DNA of 64,000 bases from Phaeosaccion multiseriatum (taxonomy: Eukaryota; Protista; Ochrophyta, other classes): the NCBI GenBank assembly GCA_965112735.1, contig OZ218962.1, positions 2,480,001-2,544,000 of the forward strand, written 5' to 3'. Below are positions 1 through 13,248 of this stretch, piece after piece. Position 1 is the stretch's first letter. Each line of letters starts with the position of its first letter. Under the pieces are notes generated by a model. That model saw only the letters and a list, made by a program, of their open reading frames with translations. It made no database searches and was not told where the DNA came from. The position numbers were made by a program, and so were the translations under genes.

Positions 1-251
1 CTATTGTCATTAAAGCATCGCCTTGTTCTGGGGACACCTCCCCCCTTCCCCGTATTCAGTTCCCCGCTTGCTTCTCGCCCCGCCCTACCCCCACACCAGC
101 TGTCTTCGCTTGTCCCCAGCCCCTCCTCTCTCCGACATTAGTAACTGTCCGGTCTCTTGCTCTTCTTCGCTCCTTGGTCGTATCTGCGGGATGGTTGCAC
201 GCAGGCAAGTATTACGCGGTTAGTAGGGGTCTACCTATCCATTTATCCATA

Positions 252-283
252 CAGGCAGGCAGACAGGCACACAGATAACAGAT

Positions 284-346
<63 letters not shown>

Positions 347-438
347 CACACACAGACAGACACACAGACACACAGACAGACACACAGACAGACAGGCAGG
401 CAGGCACACAGACAGGCAGGCACACAGACAGACAGACC

Positions 439-486
<48 letters not shown>

Positions 487-489
487 GGC

Positions 490-574
<85 letters not shown>

Positions 575-579
575 GGCAC

Positions 580-610
<31 letters not shown>

Positions 611-631
611 GGCACACAGACAGACAGGCAC

Positions 632-710
<79 letters not shown>
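252..710. repeat. (GACA)n microsatellite tract, ~460 bp, with GGCA/CACA variants
   Basis: Direct tandem repeat, lying just downstream of the stop of the minus-strand gene at 764. Confidence 0.97.
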
Positions 711-763
711 TGCTTCTAGACGCGCAACCTGAACAGGAAGAACCTCGCCCTCTTCACGTAGTC

Positions 764-2520
764 TTACGTGTGTTGGGCGATCCTCTCCGCATCCGGAGAG
801 GCGTCGCCAGGCATGCAGATGGCCTTCCAGTAGCCCACCTGTATGCAGTTACGAAAGGTTACGAAAGCGATGTAAGGGTGAGGCTATGTAGGGCAGGTCA
901 GATGATGTCGACTGACCGACTGGCTGGCTGACTGACTGACTGACTAGGTGACTGGCTGACTGTCTGAGTGAGTGAGCGAGTGAGTGACTAACTCACTGAG
1001 TGACTGACTGAACAGCTGCCTGCCTGGCTGCACGCCTGCCTGTCCCACTGACTGCCTCCCGCCCTCCCCTACCCTCGCCTCCCCTCCCTTCCCTGCCCCC
1101 CTCCCTCCCTCCCTCCCTCCCCTCCCTCCCTCCTTCCCTCCCTCTCTCGCTCCCTCCCTCCCTCACCTCTGCGTCGTCATCGTCGCCCTCGTGCTGCTTC
1201 ATGTCCCCCGAGAGGATGATGGCGTCCGTAGTCTTGAGATGTTCGTCAAGGAAACCGTTGAGCACTCGAGTCACAGTGTAGGGCTCAATTTTGGCATCGA
1301 AAGTGCGCGTGAGGCTCTATATATGATGTGCATGCGTGTGTGGGGGAGGGAGGGGGTTGCATGTGTGTGTGCGTGTGTGCGTGGGTACGTGCGTGGTGGG
1401 AGTTTGATTCGAGTGTGTGAGACAAAAGATAAGAGAGGGGCGGGGGGGGGGAAGGACGTGTGTCAGAGAGCAACCAGAGAGAGGGAGAGGAGGAGGGAGA
1501 AGAAAGAGGAGGGGGGAGAGGAAGCGCAATATGGGGATTCAATCATCCTGCATCAGCCCTAGCCTATTCCACCTTCTCCTTGACTCTTCCCTTTTCTCTT
1601 CTCCTCCTCAACCCCCTTCAATCCTCTCCTCCAATCCTCCTCCTGCTCCTGCTCCTGCTCCTTCTCCTCCTCTCCTTCCTCCTCCTCCTCCTCCTCCTCC
1701 TCCTCCTCCCCCTCCTCCTCCTCCTCCTCCTCCTCCTCCCCCTCCTCCTCCTCCTCCCCCTCGTCCTCCTCCCCCTCCCCCTCCTCCCCCTCCTCCCTCA
1801 GCCATCCTCCCCCTCCCCTTCCTCCACTCCTCCCTCCAGCCTCCTCCTCATCACCCACCCGCCCCTCCGCTCGCTTACAATGTGAATTGGTCGTTCCCCT
1901 CCCCGCAGCTCCCACTTCCCCCAAGAGCCTTCCTGGAAGAGGGGTCCGTCTGTCTGTCCCAAGGTGACTGTACCGTCGCCATTCAGCGTCATGGAGGTGG
2001 TACATCCTTCGGAGTCCTCCAGCTCCTCCAGCTTTTGTGTGTTTGGGGGTTATCCGTTCGGTGTTGGGGGGGGGGGGCAATCATGAAGGGTGAGTTGGTA
2101 ACGCTGAAAAGGATCGACGTATGATATGATAGAGCGCTACAAAGACGGACATGTGACAACAAGGTGGCTGGAAGTAGAGCTGTGACTCACCTGAAACTCC
2201 CGATCGACGAGGAGAGCCATCATCTCCGTGCTAGAGTAGTCATCCACAGACGGTTCAGACGCTGCAGACGCCCCGGAGAGGGCGGAGGAGGAGGACACGC
2301 AGGAGGAGACGGGGGCGCCCCACGCGCCTCTGCGGCTCGTGCGACAGCTGCTGCAGCTGCTGCAGGTGGTGGTGGAGGTGCTGGTCGCTGCACGAGAAGC
2401 AGTATTGAGGCGAGGAGAGGCAGCGCTGGCAGAGGCAGGCCTGGCCATTGGGGGCAGGAAGGCTTGCGCGCTCATGACGAGCGAGCAGGCACCCAGCACG
2501 AGGGGGAGGAACCGCTGCAT
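764..2520 (-). CDS. Plastid-targeted hypothetical protein, 4 exons, ~235 aa
   Basis: Exons 2520-2191, 2031-1879, 1316-1167 and 838-764 have GT-AG boundaries and all join in phase 0. The signal peptide ends SAQA-FLPP (ASAF-type motif) and is followed by a Ser/Ala/Arg-rich transit peptide. The mature part reads FQLEELEDSEGCTTSMTLNGDGTVTLGQTDGP...VGYWKAI. Confidence 0.82.
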
Positions 2521-3046
2521 CCTTCCTGTCGCCTTGCGATCTCTCTCTCTCTGTAGTATGCTGTCTCTCTACCTCTCTCTCTTTCTCTGTGTGTAGGTTT
2601 GTGTGTCACCAGGTCAAAGACAAAAAAGAGAGAGAAAGAAATACTCTTCTGAGACGGAGACTTCACGGCAATGAGTCACAAACATGCAGCAGCACTTCAC
2701 GCTTTCTCTCACTCATCGGCGTCGCATCAGGCCCGTCTTCTTCTTCCAGAGGAGGGGAGGAGAGCGGCCTTCAACCAGGAAGCGGCTTGTTCCTCCTACA
2801 CACAAGGGCAGGAACAAGCTCCGATCTTACGCCTCCTTGCCTTGCCCAATCACCACAAAGCAGCAGCACCTCTCACCTCCTGTTATCTCCTCTTCTTGCT
2901 GCTCCTTCTTGGTGGACAATGCACAATGATTGCCGCTTTGCGGCGAAGTCAACAAATCGAGCATACGTAAGGTCCTTACGTAAGGTTATCCTTATTTGGC
3001 ATTTGGCGTGGTCAAGCGAGAGGGAGTCAAGAAGAGGCGTAAGAGG

Positions 3047-6000
3047 ATGGTCAAGGCCACAGCAGCAACTGGGGCGGCCCTCGTTTGCCTGGGCTGCGTG
3101 CTTGTTTCATCGACAGCGAGCAAGGTAGGCTAGGGTGTAACAAGGACCGCAAGAGAGCGGGGAGAAGGGAGGGGAGGGGGGAGGAGAGAGGGAGGAGAAG
3201 AGGAGGAGAGAAGATAGAGGGAGAGCGTGCCAAGGCGAAGAGGAGCTGCGCGGATCTTCTGGACGGGGAAGGCTCTCTCGTGGAGGCAGGCTGTCCTTTG
3301 TGGCCTGCAGGACGGCAGAGTGGAGCCAGTGTTGGACACACACGGCCCTGAGCACCATCGGGAACGGTCGCCATCATCGGAGGAGGGCGCAGTGGGAGGT
3401 GCACTGAGAGTTGAGACGCAGCGTACACGAGTGACGCAAGGACTGTGGTACGGGGCGCTCGCTTTATTGCACAGGAGCAGCAGAGAGAGAGGGGCGGGTG
3501 ATACCCTCCTTCACATGCCGAGCCGAGCTCCTGGAGTTCTGCAAGGGGGGCGCTTAATTGGGCCTTGACAATAGCATACGCGAGCCCTTGGAGCGCATAA
3601 TCGGTTCCTACGTTGATGCCTCTGCCTTGTCCTCCTAGATTACAGATTAAGTCTACGTAGCCCCTCACCTCCCCCCCCTTCTTGCTCTTTCTCTCGGCCT
3701 CTTTCCCTCTTCGCTCTGTCTCTCTCCCTCCCTCTCGAATCGAATCGAATTCATATCCACTCCCTCCCTCAACTTACCCATCCTCACCCCCTAACAGTTA
3801 GCTTTTGTGGCCCAGCCTGGCGCGTTTTCAGCAGCAGCAGGAAGAGTGCGAATAGGGGCCGGGGGGGTGGCAGCAGCAGCAGGGGGGGCGACTGTGGGAG
3901 GGCAAGAAGTGCCACCGTCATCAATATCATCAGGAGTGTCAGCCGCAGTAGGGCGGAGAACAGTACAGAGGCATGTATGCGGGCGTACTGGGGGGCGACC
4001 TGGGTGGGCACCACATCAAATGGTGGCGACTGAGGAGGGCATGGGAGAGAGCCAGCAGCGGAAGGAGGGGGGCGGAAGAAAGCCCATTCGGGTTTCTCCC
4101 ACTGCGCACGACCTGGGTGAGTGAGTGAGTGAGTGAGTGAGTGGGTGAATCGTTAGGGTTGACCTGCCGTATGCGTGAGTGAGTGAGTGAGTGAGTGAGT
4201 GAGTGAGTGAGTGAGTGGGTTATAGAGTGAGTTCCTGCGTGAATGGGTCGGTGAGTAACTCCGTAAATATGAGTGTAAGCTGCTGACTTGACATGTGCGT
4301 GCAATGCGTTGGAGAACAAACCAAAGCAAGGCTTGTGGTGGGTGTTTTGGTACAAGGACAAGCCTGTGGATCGCCTGTGGATCGCCTGTGACTGTGGTGG
4401 GTTGTGGTGGCTCCCCCTGAGTGCTCGAATGCAACCCCAATGTGCTCCCCCTGAGTGCTCGAATGCAACCCCAATGTGCTCCCCCTGAGTGCTCGAATGC
4501 AACCCCAATGTGCTCCCCCTGAGTGCTCGAATGCAACCCCAATGTGCTCCCCCTGAGTGCTCGAATGCAACCCCAATGTGCTCCCCCTGAGTGCTCGAAT
4601 GCAACCCCAATGTGCTCCCCCTGAGTGCTCGAATGCAACCCCAATGTGCAAGTGCGTGTGCAAGGGCGCGCGCGGGCGGGAGGCGGCTGGTGCGGTGTGG
4701 TGGGGTGGGGTGGGGGGGGATGAATGGGCGGGCTAACTTCTGAAACACCCTGTGACCGACCGTCACTGAGCCCTTGTCCACAACAAACACAAATGCAACG
4801 TTTTCTATATTTCTCACCTCCCTCCCTCCCTCCCTCACTCACTCACTCACAACCGCCTCCCATCCCATCCCATCCCATCCCATCCACTGCCATCCCATTT
4901 CGTCCCGGCCACCCACCCACCCACCCACCCACTCCTACCGACCTACCAGCCACGGGCCGCGACCCCACTCGAGTGAAAGTGTTTGACACCACTCTGAGAG
5001 ATGGAGAGCAGTCGCCGGGCTGCACTCTCAACGGGCAGGAGAAGATGGCGGTGGCCAAGCAGCTGAGTCGCCTGGGGGTTGACGTCATTGAGGCGGGCTT
5101 CCCTGTCGCCTCCAAGGGGGATTTCGAGGTACGTACGTGTGTGTGTTGTGTGTCTCTTTGGGGTCCCTTACGTAGGTACTTTTTGTCTCTTTTGTCCGCC
5201 TACCTCATTGTACGTACCTACATATATACCCACCTCTATCTCTCTCTCATCAGTCTACCTACCTATCCACCTCTCCATACGTTCCTACCTACCTTTGGAA
5301 AGGCTGTGGCTTCCATCGCGAAGGTGGTGGGGAACGGAAGCAATCCGCCCATCATCTGCGGTTTGGCCAGGGCTTTGACTAATGATATTGAGGTGAGAAT
5401 GGATGAAGGGGGGGGGGGGGAGGGAGGGAGGGAAGGGAGGAAGGGGAGAGAGATGGACCAAGAGGACGAGGAGAAGGAAAGAGAGGGGGGAGGGGGGAGA
5501 GAGAAGGAGGAGAGGGAGGATAAGAGGATAAGGAAGGAGCTTAGTATTCACTCCTTCCTCCTCTCAGGTGTGCTACGAGGCCATCAAGGGCGCTGCCTTC
5601 CCTCGCATACACACCTTCATCGCCACCTCCGACATTCACATGGAGCACAAGCTGCGCAAGAGCAGGGATCAGGTGTGTGGAGGATAAGTGCTGTCTTTTA
5701 CCCTCATATATGTATGGTCACTCTTTTCTCTCTTCTCTATTGTTGTCTCTCTCCTTCACTCCCTCAATCTTCCTCTCACGTTCTCAGTCCCTCTCCCTCA
5801 CTCTCTCTCTCTCACACACACTGACTCGCTTCTCAGTCAGTCTCCCTCTTCCTCTCACTCACTCACTGACTAACTCCATTCTTCTTGCACATTCGACTTT
5901 CCGCTTTGCACATCGACTTTCCATGTCCAGGTGCTCGACATCACGCGCGAGATGGTGACTCTGGCCCGTTCCCTCGTTGACGATGTCGAGTTCTCGGCCG

Positions 6001-7136
6001 AGGATGCGCTTCGTTCAGACCTCGACTTTCTGTCGGAGGTGTACAGCGTTGCGGTTGAGGCGGGAGGTGAGGGAGGCGAGAGCAAGGAGAGGGGGAGAGG
6101 GACGGAGGGGAGGGGAGGGGAGGGAGGGGGCCACACCATCCACTACCATTCATTACCCCCCACAGCAACGACTCGTAACGTACCGGACATGGAGGGCTGC
6201 ACTACCACTCTTAACGCCCCGCTTGTCATCAATGACTTTCTTAACGCCCCGCTTGTCATCAATGACTTTCAATTCCCCAGTAACCATCCTTTGTGGGAGA
6301 GAAAGACTTTCCCATTACAAAAGATTACGTACCACCCCTGTTGACGCCCGTTCGCCATCAATGAATTTCTTCATTTACCACACTTTAGGAGAAACACTTT
6401 CCCATTACGAAAGATTGCGTAGTACGGCTAACCTCCTTTAACCTCCCATTCACGCCCTATTGTGGGCTACACCACCCCCATTTAACCTCCCATTCAGTTT
6501 CTTTTAATCATCCGTTAACCTTTCATTAACCACCATTGACCCCCCTACAGCAACGACGCTTAACGTGCCAGATACGGTGGGGTACACGACCCCCGTGGAG
6601 TTCTACAACCTCATGACGCACCTCCGCAGCACGGTGAGAGGTTAAAGCACCTTAGAACTGTCATGAGTACACACACACGAAGAGAAAGAAGGGTTGATGG
6701 ATAGGTTGTATCAATCACAATTGTCAGTCCACCTCAAGGCCATCAGATCCGTCACCTCAAGCGCAGTAGGTAGATAGGGGTGTCAGAAACCCTCACCTCT
6801 GTCTCACCGCCCCGTGGACAACGTCTCATTGTCTTTTAGCTTTCTCTTCTGAACGCCTCTTTCCCTGCTTTAAACCCCTCTTAACTGTCCGTTAACCCTG
6901 CCTAGCCCCTCTTAATTGTCCGTTAACCCTGCCTACCCCCTCTTTACTGTCCGTTGACCCTGCCTAACCCCCTCTTCACTGTCTATTGACCCTGCCTAAC
7001 CCACTCTTGACAGGTGCGCGGCATCGAGGGCGTGACCATCTCTGTGCACGGACATGACGACTTGGGCATGGCGGTGGCAAACTTCATGAGCGCCATCGAG
7101 GGGGGCGCACGGCAGGTAAGGGATCGTACACACACA

Positions 7137-7181
<45 letters not shown>

Positions 7182-7327
7182 CACACACGTTCTAGCTCTC
7201 ACTCTCACACATACATATATACACACACATACAAACACACACGCTCTCGCTCTCTCTCTCTCACACATACACACACCCGCCCGCCCACACACACACACAC
7301 ATACGCATTCCTCGCTCTCTCTATCAC

Positions 7328-7363
<36 letters not shown>

Positions 7364-8661
7364 AGAGTGCACCATCAACGGCATCGGCGAGAGGGCGGGC
7401 AACGCAGCGCTGGAGGAGATCGTGATGGGCCTGCATGTGAGGAAGGCGTACTACAACACCGCCTTCGGGAGGGACGAGCTGTCGGACAAGCCCCTCACCA
7501 ACATTAACACCAAGTACGTCAACGGTCACGCACGTTATGTTTGCGTAAGCTTTTTCGTTGGTGTCTCTCTCCCCTCTCCCCGGTCCCTCACTCCAGTGGC
7601 TTCCTCCCTCCTTCCCCACTCCTCCCTCTTTCCCTCCCTCCCTTCCTTTCTTCCTTCCGTCTCCCTTCCTCACTGCACTGACTCCCTCCCTTTCCTTCCT
7701 CTCCCTCCCTCTCTCCCCCCCTCCCTCCCTCCCTCCCTCCCTACCCACCTCTCTCCCTCTCCTCCCTCCCTCCCTCCCTCCCCGCCTCAAAGGGAGATTT
7801 TCAAGTCATCTCGTCTGGTGTCTACTCTGACGGGCATGATGGTGCAAGCCAACAAGGCCATCGTTGGGGCCAACGCCTTCGCTCATGAGTCAGGCATTCA
7901 CCAGGTGGGAGAGGGAGGGAGGGGGGGGGTCGAGGGAGGGAGGGAGAGAGGATGGGGTAAGGGTTGTAGGGAGGGAAGGAGGGAGGGAGGGGGGCGTGGG
8001 AAAGAAGAGGAAAGGAGAGGGAGGGGCAGGGCAGGCGGAGGGAAGGAGGGAAAAAGGTGGGGAAGGAAGGGAGGAATGGAGGGACGGCAGAAAGTATTGA
8101 CCCTCCTCTCTCTCCCATCTCCCACTCCTCCCTCAGGATGGCGTGCTGAAGAACAAAGAGACGTACGAGATCATGGACGCCGCCCTCGTTGGGCTCAACG
8201 CAGAAGACAACGGACTGGTGCTGGTAAGAAGTACTAAGAGAAGCGGATGATAAAGAAACTTTAATCGTCCATGTTCAGTCCAGCGTCCCACCTCCATCCA
8301 TCCACCCACCCATCTATCCACCCGTATACCCTGCGCACATCCATCCACCCACCCACCTACCCGCCCACCCATCCACCCCTCCTACCCTCTGCTGTATCAC
8401 CAACAGGGCAAGCATTCAGGCCGGGCTGCCTTCCGTGCTCGCATCGCGGACCTCGGCTTCGCTGAGATGCCTCCCGACGACCTCGACAGGGCATTCGCAC
8501 GCTTCAAGGTGGGTGTGTTGGTGATATGGAGGGAGCGAGGATAGAGAGCAGGAAGCAATGCTGGTGCTGCTCTTTCCTGGGATTGACCCGTCCTTCCTCC
8601 TCCCCCTCCCGCCCTCCCTTTCTCCCTCCCCCTTCCCCCCTTACTACACTCACACACAACC

Positions 8662-8697
<36 letters not shown>

Positions 8698-9901
8698 GGA
8701 GCTGGCCGACAAGAAGAAGACGCTTACAAACATGGACATTGAGAGCATCCTCTTTGATCAAATCCGCGAAGTGGACAGCGAAACCTATGAGTTGCGTAGC
8801 ATTCAGACGCTGTCCGGCACCACGAGCACGCCCACAGCCACCGCTACGCTCTATGACAAGGTAGAGAGGGAAGGGAGGAGGGAGGATGGAGGGAGGGACG
8901 GAGGGAGGGAGGGGAGGAGAGAGAGGGAGGGGAGGGAGAGAGGAGAGGGAGGGAGGGGAGGGAGAGAGAGGGAGGGGGAGAGAGAGAGAGAGAGGGGCGG
9001 TGGATGGGCAGAGTGCATGGCAGTGGATGGGCAGAGGGAGGAGAGGAGAGGAGCGGAGAAGAGATGTGAGCAGGGGAGAGGAGGTGAATGAAGAAGAGAG
9101 GAGAGGAGAGACAACAAGCAGAGAGTAGGGAGGCGTGAGAGTCGAGGACGAGCCCCTCCTGTTCTGCGCTGAGGTGACACAGCCACGTCTAAAGCTCTTC
9201 CCCCACCACCCCCACCCCCTCCTTCTCCCTTCCTCCCTCAGCGCCTGGGCGAGACCATCACCATGCCCTCCATCGGAACGGGCCCTGTGGACGCCGCCTT
9301 TGTGGCCATCAGCAAGGCATGCAGCCTCACTGATGACGTCACGGACCTCACGCTCCTTGAGTATTCCGTGGCGAGTGTGACTGCGGGCATTGACGCGATT
9401 GCCGAGGTTACCGTCAGGGTTCGGGTGAGTGGAGAGAGGAGACGGGGGGGAGGGATGAAGAAAGGTCAGCCCTCCCTCAGGCGAGGGAGAGGAGAGGAGG
9501 GGAGGAGAGGGGAGGGGAAGGAAGGAGGGGGGAGGGACGTGACACATGCCCCCATACTTACGATAAACCCTACTTTCTCTGTCTCTCTCTCTCCTCCCTC
9601 TCTCTCACATACACACACACACAAACACACACACACTCACTCACAGGATGGCGACGAGACGGGCCGTGTGTACTTCGGTCGCGCCTCCGACAACGACGTC
9701 ATCCAAGCTTCCTCCCTCGCCTACCTCTCCGCCATCAACACCGTTCTGGCCCAGAGGGGTGGTCCTGTCAAGGGCCATCCGCAGAGGGACACGCTGCCCG
9801 CAGAGGCGTTTCCTTCTTCTGTATTACCAGCTGCTCCAGTGGGTGCTGAGGCGCTGACGGCTGCTGCTCCTACCGCTGCTGCTGCGTCGGCAGGTGCTTA
9901 A
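3047..9901 (+). CDS. leuA: 2-isopropylmalate synthase, plastid-targeted, multi-exon (~15 exons)
   Basis: Motifs [92 protein letters not shown], plus the regulatory domain GTGPVDA...LLEYSV. Exon 1 (3047-3124) is a signal peptide. Exon 2 (3798-4116) starts LAFV and is a transit peptide. The catalytic domain starts at 4950. Confidence 0.95.
4411..4648. repeat. 34-bp minisatellite, 7 identical copies, in leuA intron 2
   Basis: Unit CTCCCCCTGAGTGCTCGAATGCAACCCCAATGTG starts at 4411, 4445, 4479, 4513, 4547, 4581 and 4615. Confidence 0.95.
6864..7013. repeat. ~31-bp degenerate tandem repeat x5, ending at a splice acceptor
   Basis: Unit ~CCCTGCCTAACCCCCTCTTAACTGTCCGTTGA. The last copy carries CTAAC and ends at the acceptor AG (7013). 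Confidence 0.85.
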
Positions 9902-10264
9902 CTGCACAGCGGCTTTCTGTAGCGTGGTTGCGATAGATATGTAAGTTTTTTGTTTAGTCTCTTCTTTTTTTTTGTGTTACAATAACTCTCTTTTCCTTTA
10001 TAATGCAACATTTAGCACACTCAAGTGTATACATTAACGATTGGGTGTATACAATATACAGAGACAGAGAGAGATCTCTCGCTCTAATCAGCAATCACCG
10101 TATCACCACTCACTGTCGCCCCACTCCTGTTCGACAGCCCTGCCGCCCCTGCCCCGCCCCGGGTCGGTGTATCAACATGCAAGGTCTTCTTGCTTCTCTC
10201 TATTCTCTTCTCTCGTCTCTCTCTCTCTGTACCACCAACAGTTGTAGCTGAATCATGTCATTTT

Positions 10265-11882
10265 TTAATTGGAAGCCACCACATAGCAAGGCCCAGTGAG
10301 CAATGGCAGCTCTCCCCCCCCCCCTCCTCCTCCTCCTCCTCCTTCCCCATTCCTGCCACCGCCACCGCCACACCCGCTGCTACCCTTGCTACTCCTTGGC
10401 GACTCATAGCAACCGTAGCCGGCTCCGTGGGGAAAGCCCCCTGCGCTACCACACACAACCTGCCGCACAAAGAAGCTCGGCATGGCGCTAGAGAAGAAGG
10501 TAAGGCAGTCGTCAGAGCCCCACTTGAAGAGCTGCATGAGAGAGGTGTGGGAGGGTGAGGATGTGGAATCCAGCTCTGAAGGCGGTGAAGGCTTTACGGT
10601 AGTGAGAGTAGGATCTGTTCCTCCTCCTCCTCCTCCTCCTCCTCCTCTTCCTCCTGCTTCTCCTCCTCTTCCTCCTGCCGCTCCTCCTGATCCTCCCCCT
10701 CTTCCTCCTGCTCCTCCTCCTGCTCCTGCTTCTCCTCCTCCTCCTGCTCCTCCTCCACTTCCTCCTCCTCTTCCTCCTGCCCCTCCTCCTGATCCTCCTC
10801 CTCTTCCTCCTGCTCCTGCTCCTACTGCCCCCACAGCGCGGGACGAAACGGTCGACGCCCCCACCATGCTGTCGTACATGCGTTGCAGACAGGAGAGGCA
10901 AAACACAGTCAAAGCACAGTCAAAACACAGTCAAAGCACAGTCAAAACACAGACACGTTTGTTTCCATGTTCATCGTCGTTGACAGGTGACAAGTCGCAC
11001 GAGGAGTGGAGGGGGGGGGGGTGATAACGGTGGGAGAGATGGAGAGAAGACAGGAAGGAGGGGGTGATAACGGTGGGAGAGATGGAGAGAAGACAGGAAG
11101 TGAGTGAGGGGGTGATAACGGTGGGAGAGATGGAGAGAAGACAGGAAGTGAGGAAGGGGGTGGGGCAGGACGTCTGAGTTTTGGAAATGAGCGAAGCGAC
11201 CTCTCTCTCATTTCCGAAAGATTACAGGGACAGAGAAGCGCAGGTATATATAGACAGAGACAGACAGACAGACAGACAGACAGACCTATATACATACATA
11301 CATACATACATACATACATACATACATACATACATACATACATACATACATACATACATACATGCATACATACATACATACATACATACATACATACATG
11401 CATACATACATACATACATACATACATACATACATACATGCATACATACATACAGACAGACTATCCCGACTATCCCGACCCCTCACCTTCCTCTGGCGGA
11501 CAGACCGGCGATCTCGCTCAATAGGGCCTCTACATCCTTCTCCTCGAGATACATGAGTAGCCCCTCCAGCACCCAAGCCGTCGGGAGAAGAGGGTCAAAG
11601 CCCGCCGAGATAAGCACCTCGCTCATCACTCTCACTCCCATATGCCCTTCTCTCTTCTCCTCTTCTCTCCCGTCGGGTCCGACAACATTCGCTCCCCCAA
11701 CGCACCCTTCTGTCCCTTCTGTCCTCCTCGCCTCCCTCTTCCTCCTCCTCCTGGCCACGCCACTTCTGCTGACCGAGGACGATACACTATCACCACCATC
11801 ATGGTCATGACCACCGCCGCTGTTCGTGTCGGGACTGATGCTACCTTCACTACGATACTTACTGCTCTCGCTGTTACCGTTA

Positions 11883-11917
<35 letters not shown>

Positions 11918-13248
11918 ATTGTTGCTGCTGCTGCTACTACCCAAGACGATGGGCACAGGTACCACTGTCTGTGTGGTGTGATGCCTGCCCTTCCTTCCGT
12001 CGAGCAGCACCGCCTTGAGCTCGAGAACCTCGCGCTGATCCACCTCGTACACCTATTGCATAGGGCAAGGGCAGACAGGCAGTCATACGGGCAAGGGCGA
12101 AGGGTCCGGGCAGAGGTGAGAGGCAGGGGTAGAGGCAGCGAGAGGGAGAGAGATGATTAAGAGAGGGAGAGAGAGGGGGGGGGTTGGGGAGAGGGAGAGA
12201 GGGAGAGGGAGAGGAGGGGGGCAGAGAGTCAGGGGCACGGGTAGAGGATGGGGCAGAGGAGCAAGGGGGAAGGCGTGGAGGGTCAAAGGTGTAGGCCCCC
12301 ACACGAAAAGACGAAAGACATCACTCCCACCTGTCACACCTCCACCCCACCCCCATCCACATTACCTTGGTGCCTTCGCCGAGATACAGCCGCAGTGCTC
12401 TGCTGTCCATCCCTGCCCCAACTATGACCACTTGTCGAATGCCTCTGAGGCATCGGAGGCAGAGGTTTCGTTCAAGTCAAAGCAGAGGAGGAGGAGGCGG
12501 GCGGACGGGCGGGCGGGCGGAATGTGGAGAGATGGTGATTGGGGAAGAGAGGGGGGGGGCGTTGAAAGCCCGGGACGATACGATGAGGTTACGAATAAAA
12601 ACAGGGGAATAAAAGAGAATTCATTAAACACCTGCGAGGGGGTGTTGTCTTCCCTCCGAGTTCACAAGTATACACAGCTGAACAGATGGAAAGTAATGAG
12701 CATATGTATTAACACAATAGCTCTGAGAGGGTGGTGCCTTACCTCCGAGTGGTGGCGTCTACCAGAAAGTCATCGAAGAAGCGCGTGCGGACGGCCAAGC
12801 GCCGGTGGTTCCTCCCCCAAGCACTTACAGTCCCACCACCTCCACGTCCTTCCCCTGGTTGATCATCCCCACCCGTAAAACCTTCCTCGATCTTGGCCTC
12901 CCTATCCATCTCAGCCCTCCTCTCCAAGACCTTTTGCATCTCCTCTTGACCAGCTAAGAGCTCAGCGAATTCGTCCTGGAAGAGGGAGTCGCCTTTGCCT
13001 CGGAGGCTTTCAATCGCACGCGCAGCAGCGATTTTGCGGCAACTGTTACGGATTGGATCGGCACTGACAGCTTCCACGTACTTCGCATCAACTCCTCTGT
13101 CGGCGCTCCCGCTCACAGTCAAGGGAGGTTGAGGAGTGGGAGTGGCAGCAGCAGTTGACGCTGAACCCCCCACTACCGAAGCGTCTGTCACCGCCAGCGT
13201 TGACAACAGAAGCGCATGAAGAGGGTGTCCCCCTCTCCTTCTAGCCAT
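10265..13248 (-). CDS. SAM-dependent methyltransferase, leucine carboxyl methyltransferase (LCM)-like family, ~4 exons
   Basis: IAAARAIES...FQDEFAELLAG, LAVRTRFFDDFL, VVIVGAGMDSRALRL (~12370-12430), VYEVDQREVLELK, AGFDPLLPTAWVLEGLLMYLEE and LFKWG. Contains Gly/Ser/Asn low-complexity inserts. Confidence 0.88.
11021..11150. repeat. ~42-48-bp intronic repeat x3
   Basis: GTGATAACGGTGGGAGAGATGGAGAGAAGACAGGAAG occurs three times. Confidence 0.9.
11288..11453. repeat. (TACA)n microsatellite
   Basis: Direct tandem repeat inside the methyltransferase intron. Confidence 0.95.

Noticed and set aside
212-2124. Poly-Pro, poly-Gly, poly-Glu, (CLSV)n and (HT)n ORFs here and throughout the ORF track
   Set aside because: They are translations of intronic or intergenic microsatellites, or antisense frames of real exons.
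3051-3668. 205-aa minus-strand ORF in leuA intron 1
   Set aside because: Non-ATG start, overlap with leuA exon 1, half low-complexity, and no recognisable domain.
4411-4648. 34-bp repeat array as a CRISPR array
   Set aside because: The units are contiguous with no spacers, lie in a eukaryotic intron, and no cas genes are present. It is a minisatellite.
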